Below the pieces are notes generated by a model that worked only from the letters and a program-made list of their open reading frames with translations, ran no database searches and was not told the origin of the DNA. DNA of 64,000 nt, from positions 1-64,000 of the IMG/VR virus record IMGVR_UViG_3300023174_000033, one strand, 5' to 3'. Shown here piece by piece: positions 46,298 through 56,342 of this stretch. Numbering within the stretch: the stretch's first letter is position 1; every line of letters starts with the position of its first letter. The translations under genes were made by a program, and so were the position numbers.

Positions 46298-46987
46298 ATG
46301 AAGATATCCATTAACAAACGATTTGACATCCTCCAAGATCTCACCACCCTCGTCACCAGACGTATCATGCCTTCACTGGTTGTTACCGGTGGACCCGGTA
46401 ATGGTAAGTCCCATACCATCATTAAAACCATTCAAGAAGGGGGTTTAACCGAAGGGGAGAACTATGTAGTATTTAAAGGTTATTCAACCGCCCGTGGTCT
46501 TTATAACACCTTATATGACCATAATGGTAAACTAATCATATTTGATGATTGTGATTCAGTCCTAGAAGATAAAACCTCACTCAATATCCTAAAGTCAGCT
46601 TTAGACTCCTATGATAAACGTACTATCTCTTGGATGGCTAAACTTGGTAAGTCTGATGAATATCCTAATCAGTTTGACTTCACTGGTAGAATCATCTTTA
46701 TTTCAAATAAGGATAAAGGGGATATGGATGAAGCAATTCTATCCAGGTCACTCTCTGTTGACTTATCTATGACTGGTGATGAAAAGATCCAACGTATGGT
46801 TCATGTGTTGCCACAAATCCTCCCAGATATTGATATCCGTATTAAACAAGATGCACTTGACTTCCTTAGAGCTAATAAGGATAAAGACAGTGTGAACTTG
46901 AGGAGTCTTATAATGGTGAGTAAGATCCGTAAGGAATTCCCAAGGAAATGGAGGGGGATTGCTGAATATATGTTGGAAGGGGCTTAA
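46298..46987 (+). CDS. P-loop (AAA-like) ATPase
   Basis: Walker A GGPGNGKS, Walker B IIFDDCD, IFISN and SR motifs. Confidence 0.8.
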   Translation: MKISINKRFDILQDLTTLVTRRIMPSLVVTGGPGNGKSHTIIKTIQEGGLTEGENYVVFKGYSTARGLYNTLYDHNGKLIIFDDCDSVLEDKTSLNILKSALDSYDKRTISWMAKLGKSDEYPNQFDFTGRIIFISNKDKGDMDEAILSRSLSVDLSMTGDEKIQRMVHVLPQILPDIDIRIKQDALDFLRANKDKDSVNLRSLIMVSKIRKEFPRKWRGIAEYMLEGA

Positions 46988-47047
46988 TAGTCCTTTTTTT
47001 TACACTTGATTTAATATATACCCATATGAATTCAAAATTAATCAAAG

Positions 47048-47485
47048 ATGAATATTATTGGGGGTATAATAATTTGTCAACTTGCGCCAAAGCACGAATC
47101 AATTTATAACTTTGTTGGAGAATATCTAGATATAATATTTGATTTAGAGGAATATTTAACTAATCCTACTATAAATCAAATGGTTGCTATTAAGGATAAT
47201 AAACTAATAGGTGCTAGAATGTTTAGAATTAATGATGGGTTTATTCATCTGAGCTACACTGCAGTCACACCAGAAGAACGTGGTAAGGAAATAAACCATC
47301 TTATGTTACTGGAAATAGAAAAGATTGCAGTTACAAAAGACATCCATAAAATCACATCATCTGCAAGAGTGAGTAATAATTCATCTATAAGGTCACTGGA
47401 GAAATCTGGGTTTATCTTTGATTGGGAGAAAGAGTCTTTTTATAATTGTGGTGAAAGGAAACTACATTACTTCAAGTTTATTTGA
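47048..47485 (+). CDS. GNAT-family acetyltransferase
   Basis: AVTPEERGK.I and N..SIR.LEKSGF motifs. Confidence 0.8.
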   Translation: MNIIGGIIICQLAPKHESIYNFVGEYLDIIFDLEEYLTNPTINQMVAIKDNKLIGARMFRINDGFIHLSYTAVTPEERGKEINHLMLLEIEKIAVTKDIHKITSSARVSNNSSIRSLEKSGFIFDWEKESFYNCGERKLHYFKFI

Positions 47486-47598
47486 AAAATTAGATATATA
47501 TGTTATGAATAGAATTAAACCATATCAACAATTTATCAGTATTCCATCTGATGAAGATGATTTTAATTCACCAGGATACGGTGATAGATGGTAAAAAG

Positions 47599-47631
47599 AA
47601 AAAACCCACTTAAATAAGGTGGGTTTTTTTT
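47599..47631. terminator. Intrinsic terminator
   Basis: AAAAAACCCAC…GTGGGTTTTTTT. Confidence 0.8.
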
Positions 47632-47794
47632 AATTTTATTTGTTTCTATCAAATCTTTTCCGTATCTTTGTATTGTCATTGAAACACTGTGACAGAAGCC
47701 AGATACAATGGAAGGTTAATCGGAAGTGGCTCGCTTAAAAAAAAATTAAATAAAATTATTTTGTTATAATAAAACTTTATATTATCTTTGTATT

Positions 47795-48361
47795 ATGAAA
47801 AATATTATCACAATTCTACTAATCATCATTTCAAGATTTACTTTTGGTCAAACTTCTTCAACCGAGTATAAATTGGATCAATACAAAAAAAGGGATAAAA
47901 AAGAGAAGTATAGTAAAATACAAATGGGCGATTCAGCAAGGTTGGGTCAAATTTACGCATTCCAAAGCTCTGAATATTGGGGTTGGGACTATGGACAACT
48001 AGTTGATATTAATAATAATAAGTACCTTTTGGAAACCTATCCAGTGAGGGGTTTTAAAAAAATAGTGAAGTTGAGATTTAATAGCATATATAATGTTGAT
48101 ACTAATCAGAAAAATCTGAACCAAACTGTTAATCTAAAGATGAATGATTATTTAGACAAAGCTGGTAGTAATGTACAAGTAGGTAGTTTATTACTTGGGG
48201 CTTTGGTTGCTAATATAATTTTCTACCCACAAATCTTCAAAATAGAGTCCAAAGATGATTTAATCCTATATAATGTTCTAAATGGTGGGTTAGCCCTTGG
48301 AACAGTAATATCCTTTAGTTCAGCTGGTATGAACCTTAAACTTGCATCAAAAACAAAATAA
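47795..48361 (+). CDS. Exported/membrane hypothetical protein
   Basis: Signal peptide and two C-terminal hydrophobic segments; promoter box at 47783. Confidence 0.6.
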   Translation: MKNIITILLIIISRFTFGQTSSTEYKLDQYKKRDKKEKYSKIQMGDSARLGQIYAFQSSEYWGWDYGQLVDINNNKYLLETYPVRGFKKIVKLRFNSIYNVDTNQKNLNQTVNLKMNDYLDKAGSNVQVGSLLLGALVANIIFYPQIFKIESKDDLILYNVLNGGLALGTVISFSSAGMNLKLASKTK

Positions 48362-48367
48362 AATAAT

Positions 48368-48625
48368 ATGAAAAAGCTAATCTTCACCCTAATCACCCTT
48401 TTCGCCCTAACTTCTTGTGGTAAGGAATATTGTTGGAAATGTACAGTTACCAGTAAAAGACCAATTTCTAATTCTACATACGATTCAACTAAAATAACCA
48501 CAGTTGTTTGTGATAAAACTCAAAATGAAATAGAGGATTATGAAGAATCCGGACAAACCACAACCATTACCTCCAATGGAATTCCGGTTGTAACTACCAC
48601 TGATTGTGAAATTAAATATAATTAA
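48368..48625 (+). CDS. Small Cys-containing lipoprotein
   Basis: LTSC lipobox; CWKCT, VCD and TTTDC motifs. Confidence 0.75.
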   Translation: MKKLIFTLITLFALTSCGKEYCWKCTVTSKRPISNSTYDSTKITTVVCDKTQNEIEDYEESGQTTTITSNGIPVVTTTDCEIKYN

Positions 48626-48637
48626 ATTAAATTAAAT

Positions 48638-48883
48638 ATGAAAAAGCTAATCTTCACCCTAATCACCCTTTTCACCTTTACATCTTGTGAAAAGAAACAA
48701 TGTTGGAAATGTACTATATCCGCCCAAGCACCAGGATATGTCAATACACTTAACCAGACGACCACAACTGTCTGTGACCAAACCCAAACTGAAATTGAGG
48801 ACGTTGAGAAAGCTGGAACTATGACCACCATCAGTAATGGTATCAGAGTAGAAACCACAACAGATTGCCAGTCCAGTCAATAA
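48638..48883 (+). CDS. Small lipoprotein; tandem paralog of the previous gene
   Basis: Identical MKKLIFTLITLF start and the same Cys pattern. Confidence 0.75.
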   Translation: MKKLIFTLITLFTFTSCEKKQCWKCTISAQAPGYVNTLNQTTTTVCDQTQTEIEDVEKAGTMTTISNGIRVETTTDCQSSQ

Positions 48884-48907
48884 CCCATCACCAAACCACA
48901 ACCTAAT

Positions 48908-48952
48908 AAACCCACAGAATATTCCTAAAAGTGATATCTTGTGGGTTTTTTT
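48908..48952 (+). terminator. Probable intrinsic terminator
   Basis: AAACCCACA…TGTGGGTTTTTTT. Confidence 0.6.
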
Positions 48953-49044
48953 ATTTATCATTTAAATATATTTAATATTTTTTGATTTTATATATAAACA
49001 AGAATTAATATTTTATATATAAATAAAAAATAATAATAATAATT

Positions 49045-50301
49045 ATGTCGTACACAGTAAAAACAATTAATGTCTCTCAGGACTTACCAAATAAAAATGG
49101 TGGAAGAGCTAATGGATTTGACTTGAAATCCTCTATTATGGAAAAAATTGATAACTCTATAGATGCTGGCAACAGATATGTTTCAATTAAAATAGATACA
49201 CAACTTGGTAAGACTATCATATTCAACAATGAGAGTGGTTTAGATATCCATCAAATTGAAACTTTTCTTGGAATTGGAAAATCAGGAACTTATAAATCAA
49301 AAAACATTGGTAATTTTGGATTTGGTGCATTTATGGCTCTAACTTTTTTGGGTGAGAATGGGAATGTACAAATAAACTCAGTTAAAAATAATGAAAAAAT
49401 TAAAGTGGAATTGGACTTCAATACCGCTAAACCGATGGATTACAAATTTTATGATCCAATCAAAGTTTCTGATTCTGATATGTTAGAGATTATATGTACT
49501 ACAAAAAGTTTTGATATTTTTGATCATGTAGATAGTTTAGCAAATGATCTAGGAGCTCACTACCATGATATTCTAACAGAAAAAGATGAAAATGATAATC
49601 CAAAATTTATTATTTTTCTGGAAGTAGACAACCATAATACAAAACAAATCCAACCTATTGACCCATTCTATAAAACATCCCCAAATACAATTCCTTGGGT
49701 TGATTCCAAAACTTATGATTTGAAAATAGGAACAAACATTTTCAAAGTAGATTGTGATGGATATTTTATATCAAGGAACACTGATAAAAATGAACTTGAT
49801 AAGAAAGGTAGAAAAGGATTCCCACATGAATATCAAGGAATCTATATTAAGCTTAATGGTAGGATACTTAAACTTGGGAATGGTTGGGGAATTGAAGGAA
49901 CTAATAACAAATGGGTTGGTGGAAGATTGGAAATAAAAATAGATACTGCAAATTTACATAAAAGTGATAAAGAAAATGTTCTTAAATATTTTGGAATAAC
50001 ATCAAATAAAAATAATCCTAACTTACAAATTTCAGAAAAATCTTTGGATAAAAAAGAACTCAGAGATATTATTAAATCATTTAGAGGTTGGGTAGATAAT
50101 CAATATGATAGATTTAACAGTGAGAAAAAATCATCTAAGCCAAGTAAAACAAACCCAATTGAAAATATCCTAAATCTAAAAGTTTTCAATATAGACTTGA
50201 AAACTATAAAGAATGGACAACTAATTGAAAGAATGTGCCCAGATGTATTTGAAGCATTGGAAGAAATTCAAAATATGAAAAATACATTAAGTGAGTCTTA
50301 A
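49045..50301 (+). CDS. GHKL (MORC/HSP90-like) ATPase domain protein
   Basis: E.IDNSIDA, IFNN..G, IGNFGFG and GIYI..NGR motifs. Confidence 0.75.
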   Translation: MSYTVKTINVSQDLPNKNGGRANGFDLKSSIMEKIDNSIDAGNRYVSIKIDTQLGKTIIFNNESGLDIHQIETFLGIGKSGTYKSKNIGNFGFGAFMALTFLGENGNVQINSVKNNEKIKVELDFNTAKPMDYKFYDPIKVSDSDMLEIICTTKSFDIFDHVDSLANDLGAHYHDILTEKDENDNPKFIIFLEVDNHNTKQIQPIDPFYKTSPNTIPWVDSKTYDLKIGTNIFKVDCDGYFISRNTDKNELDKKGRKGFPHEYQGIYIKLNGRILKLGNGWGIEGTNNKWVGGRLEIKIDTANLHKSDKENVLKYFGITSNKNNPNLQISEKSLDKKELRDIIKSFRGWVDNQYDRFNSEKKSSKPSKTNPIENILNLKVFNIDLKTIKNGQLIERMCPDVFEALEEIQNMKNTLSES

Positions 50302-50306
50302 CTAAC

Positions 50307-50906
50307 TCACCAAACCACCACCCACTCACAACCCAGAACACCCTTATAAACATCCTTATAAGTCTCTGTATGAATATCACCACCCACCAGGCGTGCAACC
50401 TCTAAGGACAACTTAGATGATGGAGTTCGGAACATCTGAACTCCATCTTTTGTTTTATAACAGTCTGTACTTAATAACCCAGTCAAGATGTCATATGGTA
50501 TGAACTCTTGGAAAAGAGGATTGTGAACTATACCATAACTAGATAAATCAGACACCATCTGACTAGATGTAATCTTTAGTTTGAGTTTTCCCTGGTCTGA
50601 TTTCTCTATAGGATAGTTACTATTCAGTTTAGTCTTAATGTCTTTTAAGGTTTGTTCATCTGACCTAACTATGATGGTATGGTCATTTTGTATGAATGAG
50701 GTAGCAACCATCTGACCCAGTGTGATTAATTTGTCTGGTGTGAGTGGTGAGGTGAAGTAAGAATGGTCCAATGAATACTTCTGATTCTTACAAGTTTTAG
50801 AACAGTGGAGTATTGGACGCTTGTCGATATAGTAGGAATTGTTTATGGGAAAGGGGTTCCCACAGGTAAGACAAGTTCGGATTAATTTGACCTGACGAAT
50901 AGTCAT
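50307..50906 (-). CDS. Zn-finger protein resembling a degenerate LAGLIDADG endonuclease
   Basis: CxxCG..F…CS..C, then DHSYF…LG; catalytic motifs not recognisable. Confidence 0.45.
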   Translation of the reverse strand: MTIRQVKLIRTCLTCGNPFPINNSYYIDKRPILHCSKTCKNQKYSLDHSYFTSPLTPDKLITLGQMVATSFIQNDHTIIVRSDEQTLKDIKTKLNSNYPIEKSDQGKLKLKITSSQMVSDLSSYGIVHNPLFQEFIPYDILTGLLSTDCYKTKDGVQMFRTPSSKLSLEVARLVGGDIHTETYKDVYKGVLGCEWVVVW

Positions 50907-51041
50907 AGAGTATTTATCGGTTTTTTACGGTCTCATAGGCTATCAATCACAACTAACAAAATTTTCAAAAAAATCAACATTATCAAATTTTATTTTTAGT
51001 AATATCTTCTTCTTTTTTTTTTCAGAATATATATACTCTAT

Positions 51042-51413
51042 ATGAAATACATTAGAATATACGAAAAGTATTCGGACTGGGTAGATATTAAAAGGTCTGA
51101 ATCAGACAAAATAGTATCACTGCCTGGATACGATTTATATAGAAGTAACATATTAGGGTATTATGGTGTAATTGGTAGGAGGGAACAATTGTCTATGGAG
51201 AACTTGACCATACGAAAGGAAAGTGATGGAAGTTTCATATTAGATATAAGGAGGTCTCCTGGTTATTTCAAGGGTCTTATAGCAGCTGGTCAAAAGGGAT
51301 GGGAAGAGGATTGGTCAAGGAGGGAGTTTGATTTGAAATTTAATTTTGATGATATAAACGAGTTAATTAAGTTTTTAACTGAGTATGATGGGTGGTATGA
51401 TTTGAAGTATTGA
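51042..51413 (+). CDS. Hypothetical protein with MKYIRIYE tag
   Basis: ORF after AATATATA. Confidence 0.65.
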   Translation: MKYIRIYEKYSDWVDIKRSESDKIVSLPGYDLYRSNILGYYGVIGRREQLSMENLTIRKESDGSFILDIRRSPGYFKGLIAAGQKGWEEDWSRREFDLKFNFDDINELIKFLTEYDGWYDLKY

Positions 51414-51524
51414 TTTTAGAACATAGGGTATTTATCGGTTTCATATAAGATGTTCAATACGTGGGTCTTATAATCCAAAAAAATTTTTTTAAAAACTCGG
51501 AATTATTCATATCTTTGTATCCAT

Positions 51525-52049
51525 ATGAAAAAAATATTATCACTTATCATCTTGGGTTTAATTATCCCAATGACTCAAACTTTCTCACAGAATATAAAAG
51601 TTGAGACTGATCACAATTTTGGAAATGTACTTGAAGGAACAATGGTTTCCTATGAATTCAATCTGAAAAATCTATCATCGGAAAAAATTCTGATTAAGAA
51701 CGTTCAGCCATCTTGTGGTTGTGTTAGTCCACATTTCACCAAAGAAATATCACCGGGTAAAACTGGTTTAATTAAGGCTACATTTAATTCAAAAGGTAGA
51801 TTAGGTGTTTTTGAAAAAACACTTAGAGTTTATTTGTATCCTAGTGATTCTGTGGTATTATTAACCATTAGAGGTAATGTGCTCGGTAATACTGATTATG
51901 TTCAGAATCAAAAGGTAGATACTGTTATTACTAATTTTTTGAAACCAGTATCCGATACATCTATAAAATCAACTGAAAGAATCTATTATAGAGGACCTAG
52001 GGGTGGATTATATTATTACAACAGTAAAGGGAAAAAAGTATATAAATAA
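51525..52049 (+). CDS. DUF1573-like Ig-fold exported protein with a basic C-terminal adaptor motif
   Basis: NFG.V, F…N, SCGC, I.PG and F.K…V motifs; C-terminal GPRGGLYYYNSKGKKVY. Confidence 0.8.
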   Translation: MKKILSLIILGLIIPMTQTFSQNIKVETDHNFGNVLEGTMVSYEFNLKNLSSEKILIKNVQPSCGCVSPHFTKEISPGKTGLIKATFNSKGRLGVFEKTLRVYLYPSDSVVLLTIRGNVLGNTDYVQNQKVDTVITNFLKPVSDTSIKSTERIYYRGPRGGLYYYNSKGKKVYK

Positions 52050-52058
52050 TAAAAAATT

Positions 52059-52511
52059 ATGGCGTCATCAAGAATATACAAAACTAGAAAACTATCTGAT
52101 GGTTCTACATATAGGGAATCATATTCGTATTCGGAATATTATTTTTACAAATTTATAGGTTGGGTTTTTGATTTGTTCATCTTAACAATATTCACCCTCC
52201 CATACTATATTTTCGTAAAGATACCATTTCTAATCATAGTAAAAACACTATCGATCATACCCAAAACATCTGAATTTTCGAAGAGGATTGGTGATAAATC
52301 TTATTCAATAAATCAATTTAAAACCAATACTATTATTTACTTGTCTATAATTGTTGGTATAATGTCTATAATGATTTGGACTGATAAAAATTCAAAAATG
52401 AATTCCACACTTGATAGAAATCAGGTAGATACTACAAAGGTAGTTTCTAAAGTAACCCACTCGAAACATAAAAAACATCATAAAAAATTAAAACATCATA
52501 AATCAAATTAA
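52059..52511 (+). CDS. Hypothetical membrane protein
   Basis: Hydrophobic segments; H/K-rich tail. Confidence 0.6.
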   Translation: MASSRIYKTRKLSDGSTYRESYSYSEYYFYKFIGWVFDLFILTIFTLPYYIFVKIPFLIIVKTLSIIPKTSEFSKRIGDKSYSINQFKTNTIIYLSIIVGIMSIMIWTDKNSKMNSTLDRNQVDTTKVVSKVTHSKHKKHHKKLKHHKSN

Positions 52512-52514
52512 AAT

Positions 52515-53228
52515 ATGTCATTAGTACAATCATTCATTAATCAAATAGGCAGGGAAATAGGCAGGGATGTTTATAATTCTGTTATCAACAACAAAAATGT
52601 CAATACTTATTATGGTTCCAAAGCTTCTACTACTTGGGATCAGTTAAGGGATTTCAAATTATCTTCTTATGATAAGTTGACTATGAATAATTTAGTTAAT
52701 CTCGTTGAATCTGTATCAAACTTAAGTCCGAACAATTTTACTAATCTTGAGTATTTCATCACTATGGATGAAAAGATTGATTTTTGTAAAGAGCATTTAG
52801 ACAAAAAGTATTTGGAGAAATTAGAAGATTTGGATAACACCAATAAAGAGAATTTCAAAGCTTTTTTATTTGACCACAAGATTTACATTGCTGATTGTCA
52901 TGATAAACTTGAGGAAAAGATAAACAATTATAAGGAGCCTAATAAGTGGTTACGTCGTTTGACTAATTTTTGGGCAATTCTATGGATTATTTGTGGTGTA
53001 TGGATTTCAACTAAATATGATTCTTTACATTACAATGATGGAAAAGAGATTCCTGGTAATTGGATGTTTTGGGCATTAGAAGGAATTCTTTTATTTTGTT
53101 GTTTTTTTCCATCTGTTATTTTCCGTGAGGCTTCTATTGAAGATACTATTACAAATCATAAAAAAGATCGTGAGGCTTTGGAAGCTTTGGAGGATTATTT
53201 TACTAAAATATCAAACATAAAATTTTAA
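52515..53228 (+). CDS. Hypothetical membrane protein
   Basis: Two hydrophobic helices near the C-terminus. Confidence 0.6.
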   Translation: MSLVQSFINQIGREIGRDVYNSVINNKNVNTYYGSKASTTWDQLRDFKLSSYDKLTMNNLVNLVESVSNLSPNNFTNLEYFITMDEKIDFCKEHLDKKYLEKLEDLDNTNKENFKAFLFDHKIYIADCHDKLEEKINNYKEPNKWLRRLTNFWAILWIICGVWISTKYDSLHYNDGKEIPGNWMFWALEGILLFCCFFPSVIFREASIEDTITNHKKDREALEALEDYFTKISNIKF

Positions 53229-53229
53229 T

Positions 53230-53988
53230 ATGAAACAAATTTTACCCTTTTTAATTCTCTTACTATTTGGATCTTGTCAGAAAGAGGAGAATCCTGTTCC
53301 CACTATAAATCCTTATGGTAAGAACACTTTAATTGGTTATACTGGGGCTTATGATTATATGAGTCCGGATAGTAATTCAAATGGTGGGATTTTAGCAAAG
53401 GTTATGAGTGGTAATCAGGTAATAGCCACGGGTATTACTGATAGTTTAGGTAAGTTTGAGATTTTTGATTTAGATGTTGGTACATATGATATTGTTATAA
53501 CTAGGGAGGGTTGGGCTCAATACAAGACTAAGTCTGTATTTTGTGGGCCTGGTCCGAGTCCTACTACTGTTTATTTTGAGAATGACAATGCATATGGTTA
53601 TAGGGTTAATCCTTTAGTTAGGAGAGTTTATTCTGATATAGTATCTGTTGAGATGGACAGTATAAAAAGTGGTACGGCTTACTTTTGTATGACTATAAGT
53701 CCTAATCAGTTAGATTTAGTTGATAGTTTAAAGATTGGGTTAATTGATAATTCTAAATCAGACGAGAGGCTAGTATATTTTTGTTATGGTCCTAAAGTAA
53801 TTAGCACTAGTAAACTTATTTTCAGTGTTGGTTATTATAATCAATGGAGAGGTATAAATAAATTTGATTTTGTTTTATTTCCATATTTAGACTATGCGAT
53901 GTGTGGATCTATACTAAACAGTAGGGGTAATTTTGAGGTTACCAATGCTCATAAGATTTTGCAGGATGTTTTGGTAGTTTTCCCGTGA
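53230..53988 (+). CDS. Lipoprotein with a carboxypeptidase-regulatory-like domain
   Basis: FGSC lipobox; TDSLGKF.I.DL..GTY.I motif. Confidence 0.7.
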   Translation: MKQILPFLILLLFGSCQKEENPVPTINPYGKNTLIGYTGAYDYMSPDSNSNGGILAKVMSGNQVIATGITDSLGKFEIFDLDVGTYDIVITREGWAQYKTKSVFCGPGPSPTTVYFENDNAYGYRVNPLVRRVYSDIVSVEMDSIKSGTAYFCMTISPNQLDLVDSLKIGLIDNSKSDERLVYFCYGPKVISTSKLIFSVGYYNQWRGINKFDFVLFPYLDYAMCGSILNSRGNFEVTNAHKILQDVLVVFP

Positions 53989-54001
53989 TAGATATTTTAA
54001 T

Positions 54002-54847
54002 ATGTCTGTATTTTTGTCTTCGTATCCAATCGGAAAGAAAGTAGGTTTATCAAACTATTTAAAATCTATTTTTTCTTGTTACAGGTTAAATCAGATTTAC
54101 AACAAGGGATTAGTTCCTTGTGTATATGGTTTTAACAATGATAATTTCAAGACCTTATTTGATTGTGATAATTTAGTTTATAATGATTCTTTAGAGTTTA
54201 AATTACATTCTTTAGATTCATTTGATAAAGTAAGGGATTTAGTGGGAGTGGGAGTAAGTCCTTATATCTTATCTTTTACTTGGAGGTTTTATTTAAGTGA
54301 TGAAGATAGGGTTAATTGTAAGCCTTTTGGGAAAGAGTGGTATTATTGGGATGATCCAAATTCAATTGATTTCAAATTCACTTCAATTCCACAAAATATG
54401 ATTGATCTTTATTTGGGGGTAATTATTAATTTTCCTATAAGGAAGAAATTGCTTGATTGGGTTGATCATTTAAGTCATGGGATTGGAGAGGTAAGGTTAG
54501 GGGTTCACATAAGGACTTGGAGGGGTGAGGATACAATTTATAATAACAGGTTCAATCATTATTTATCAACTAAACAAGAAATAATTGATTCAATCAATCA
54601 ATCGGATCATAAGAAGGTTTTGATATGTAGTGATGATTTGATTGAGGTTGGGGATTTAGTTAAGTATATAAGTGGGAAAGAGTTTTTCTTTTATATTAAT
54701 CGTAAAGACTTTACTCAATTAGAGAATGATTTTTGTGAGTTATTATTATTATCAAGGTCAATGGATTTCATAGGGAGTTTAAATTCAACTTTCTCTGAAT
54801 TAGTTTGGTGGTATGGTGGTTGTCAATTGGGTGTTAAGATTATTTAA
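54002..54847 (+). CDS. Fucosyltransferase-like glycosyltransferase
   Basis: GL.N.L, GVHIR, CSDD and ELLLLS…IGS..STFS motifs. Confidence 0.7.
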   Translation: MSVFLSSYPIGKKVGLSNYLKSIFSCYRLNQIYNKGLVPCVYGFNNDNFKTLFDCDNLVYNDSLEFKLHSLDSFDKVRDLVGVGVSPYILSFTWRFYLSDEDRVNCKPFGKEWYYWDDPNSIDFKFTSIPQNMIDLYLGVIINFPIRKKLLDWVDHLSHGIGEVRLGVHIRTWRGEDTIYNNRFNHYLSTKQEIIDSINQSDHKKVLICSDDLIEVGDLVKYISGKEFFFYINRKDFTQLENDFCELLLLSRSMDFIGSLNSTFSELVWWYGGCQLGVKII

Positions 54848-54890
54848 GAATAAATTTTGAACTTTTAGTTAAAAATGTTATATTTGTATT

Positions 54891-55472
54891 ATGTTTAAAT
54901 CATTAGTACCTCATATTGAACAAAGGTTAAAGAAACACCACGAATTATATAGTGGTCAGTGTAAGGCTGAATTATGGGAAGAGAATTGTCACCATGCTTT
55001 AGTAGCTGCTGGTTTTGGTTCAGATTGGAAGCCAGATTTCAATCATCAGTCGGGAGCTGATATGAGGATTATTGCAGGTGATAGGATTAGTAATAAAGGT
55101 GGTCAGATTGATTCAGAGAGTTTAACTTTTTCTGGTTTTCGTACAACAAAGTATAAAACGCTTACTGACAAGTTAGAATTCCTTAAAGATAAAAAAGATG
55201 ATTATGTATTTTGTTTAGCTACCAATAAGAATGAGTGGGAATCTGGTAAAAAGATTTATCATTTCATTGTAGTTGATAGTAATAAGCTTGATTATCATAA
55301 TCAAGAGTGGGTTGATACTTTTGGGAAGAAAGGAACTGGTAAAGACAAACACAATGGGTATTCTTGTAAGAATGAAGTATTTGAGGCAAAAATATGTTTT
55401 AGTATGTCGGATCAGCTTTGGACAACAATCAAATTAAATGAATGTAACGAACATTATACAATAACAGTATGA
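54891..55472 (+). CDS. Hypothetical protein, possibly restriction-endonuclease-like
   Basis: E..E…H..GAD…ISNK pattern is only weakly nuclease-like. Confidence 0.4.
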   Translation: MFKSLVPHIEQRLKKHHELYSGQCKAELWEENCHHALVAAGFGSDWKPDFNHQSGADMRIIAGDRISNKGGQIDSESLTFSGFRTTKYKTLTDKLEFLKDKKDDYVFCLATNKNEWESGKKIYHFIVVDSNKLDYHNQEWVDTFGKKGTGKDKHNGYSCKNEVFEAKICFSMSDQLWTTIKLNECNEHYTITV

Positions 55473-55549
55473 AGAATTTATTTTAACTCTGGTGAAAACC
55501 TTTAGTTTTTTACGAAAAAACTTTATTGGTTTTTTGAGATATATATAAA

Positions 55550-56083
55550 ATGAGTAGTGTTATTAAGTTTTTTATCTTTTTTTTATTAGTTAGTCAATCT
55601 GTTTTCTCTCAAGATTCCACTGTTATTTTAAATCATGTTGTAGGTCCATTAGGTATTCAATCCATAAAGCGGCCTGATTTAGATTTGGTGCATGGTGTGT
55701 TAAGTTCAAGGAGATTAACTGATGATTTTGAAAAAAGGGTTACAGAGGAATTGAATAGATTGAACATGAAGGGTTATAGGACTGATGTAGATAATATTTA
55801 TGTTAGGACTTATGTTAAGGGAAACAAGATTATCACTGAAAGTTCTTGTGATATTATTGAGTCAAGGGATGGTAGGTCTTATGTTGTATTTACTACTAGG
55901 GGAAGTATTGGTAGGGGTTATAAGCAAAGGCATGATAAGCAGATACAGGGATTAGAATCTTGGTTAAGTTTTTACTATCGTGGGTATTGTAAGAAGATAA
56001 AGACTATATTAGTCAATTTCAAGTTAAGGGGTGGTGTTATAAATTATAAGCAAAGTTTTTTTGTTGTGGCGAGGGGTTATTAA
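55550..56083 (+). CDS. Exported hypothetical protein
   Basis: Signal peptide …VFSQ. Confidence 0.6.
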   Translation: MSSVIKFFIFFLLVSQSVFSQDSTVILNHVVGPLGIQSIKRPDLDLVHGVLSSRRLTDDFEKRVTEELNRLNMKGYRTDVDNIYVRTYVKGNKIITESSCDIIESRDGRSYVVFTTRGSIGRGYKQRHDKQIQGLESWLSFYYRGYCKKIKTILVNFKLRGGVINYKQSFFVVARGY

Positions 56084-56147
56084 AGAATTTTCTAAAAAAA
56101 TTAGAAATTTTTGTAACTATTACCAAAAAAAGTCGTATATTTGTATT

Positions 56148-56339
56148 ATGAAAAATGTAATGAACTTCTTTAGGAAAAATTTCGCTGTTGTGTGGTTGAT
56201 TGGTGCTATCCTTTATTACCTTCTCGGTGTTAAAGATATTGCTTTCAATCTGATGGTCCTCTTTGTTATTGAGGATTTGTGTGATAGGGTTGAGTGGTAT
56301 ATGAGTAAAAAATCTCTTGATAAAAAATCAGGGGTTTAA
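56148..56339 (+). CDS. Small membrane protein
   Basis: ATG at 56148 after TATATTTG (56136-56143). Confidence 0.6.
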   Translation: MKNVMNFFRKNFAVVWLIGAILYYLLGVKDIAFNLMVLFVIEDLCDRVEWYMSKKSLDKKSGV

Positions 56340-56342
56340 ATT

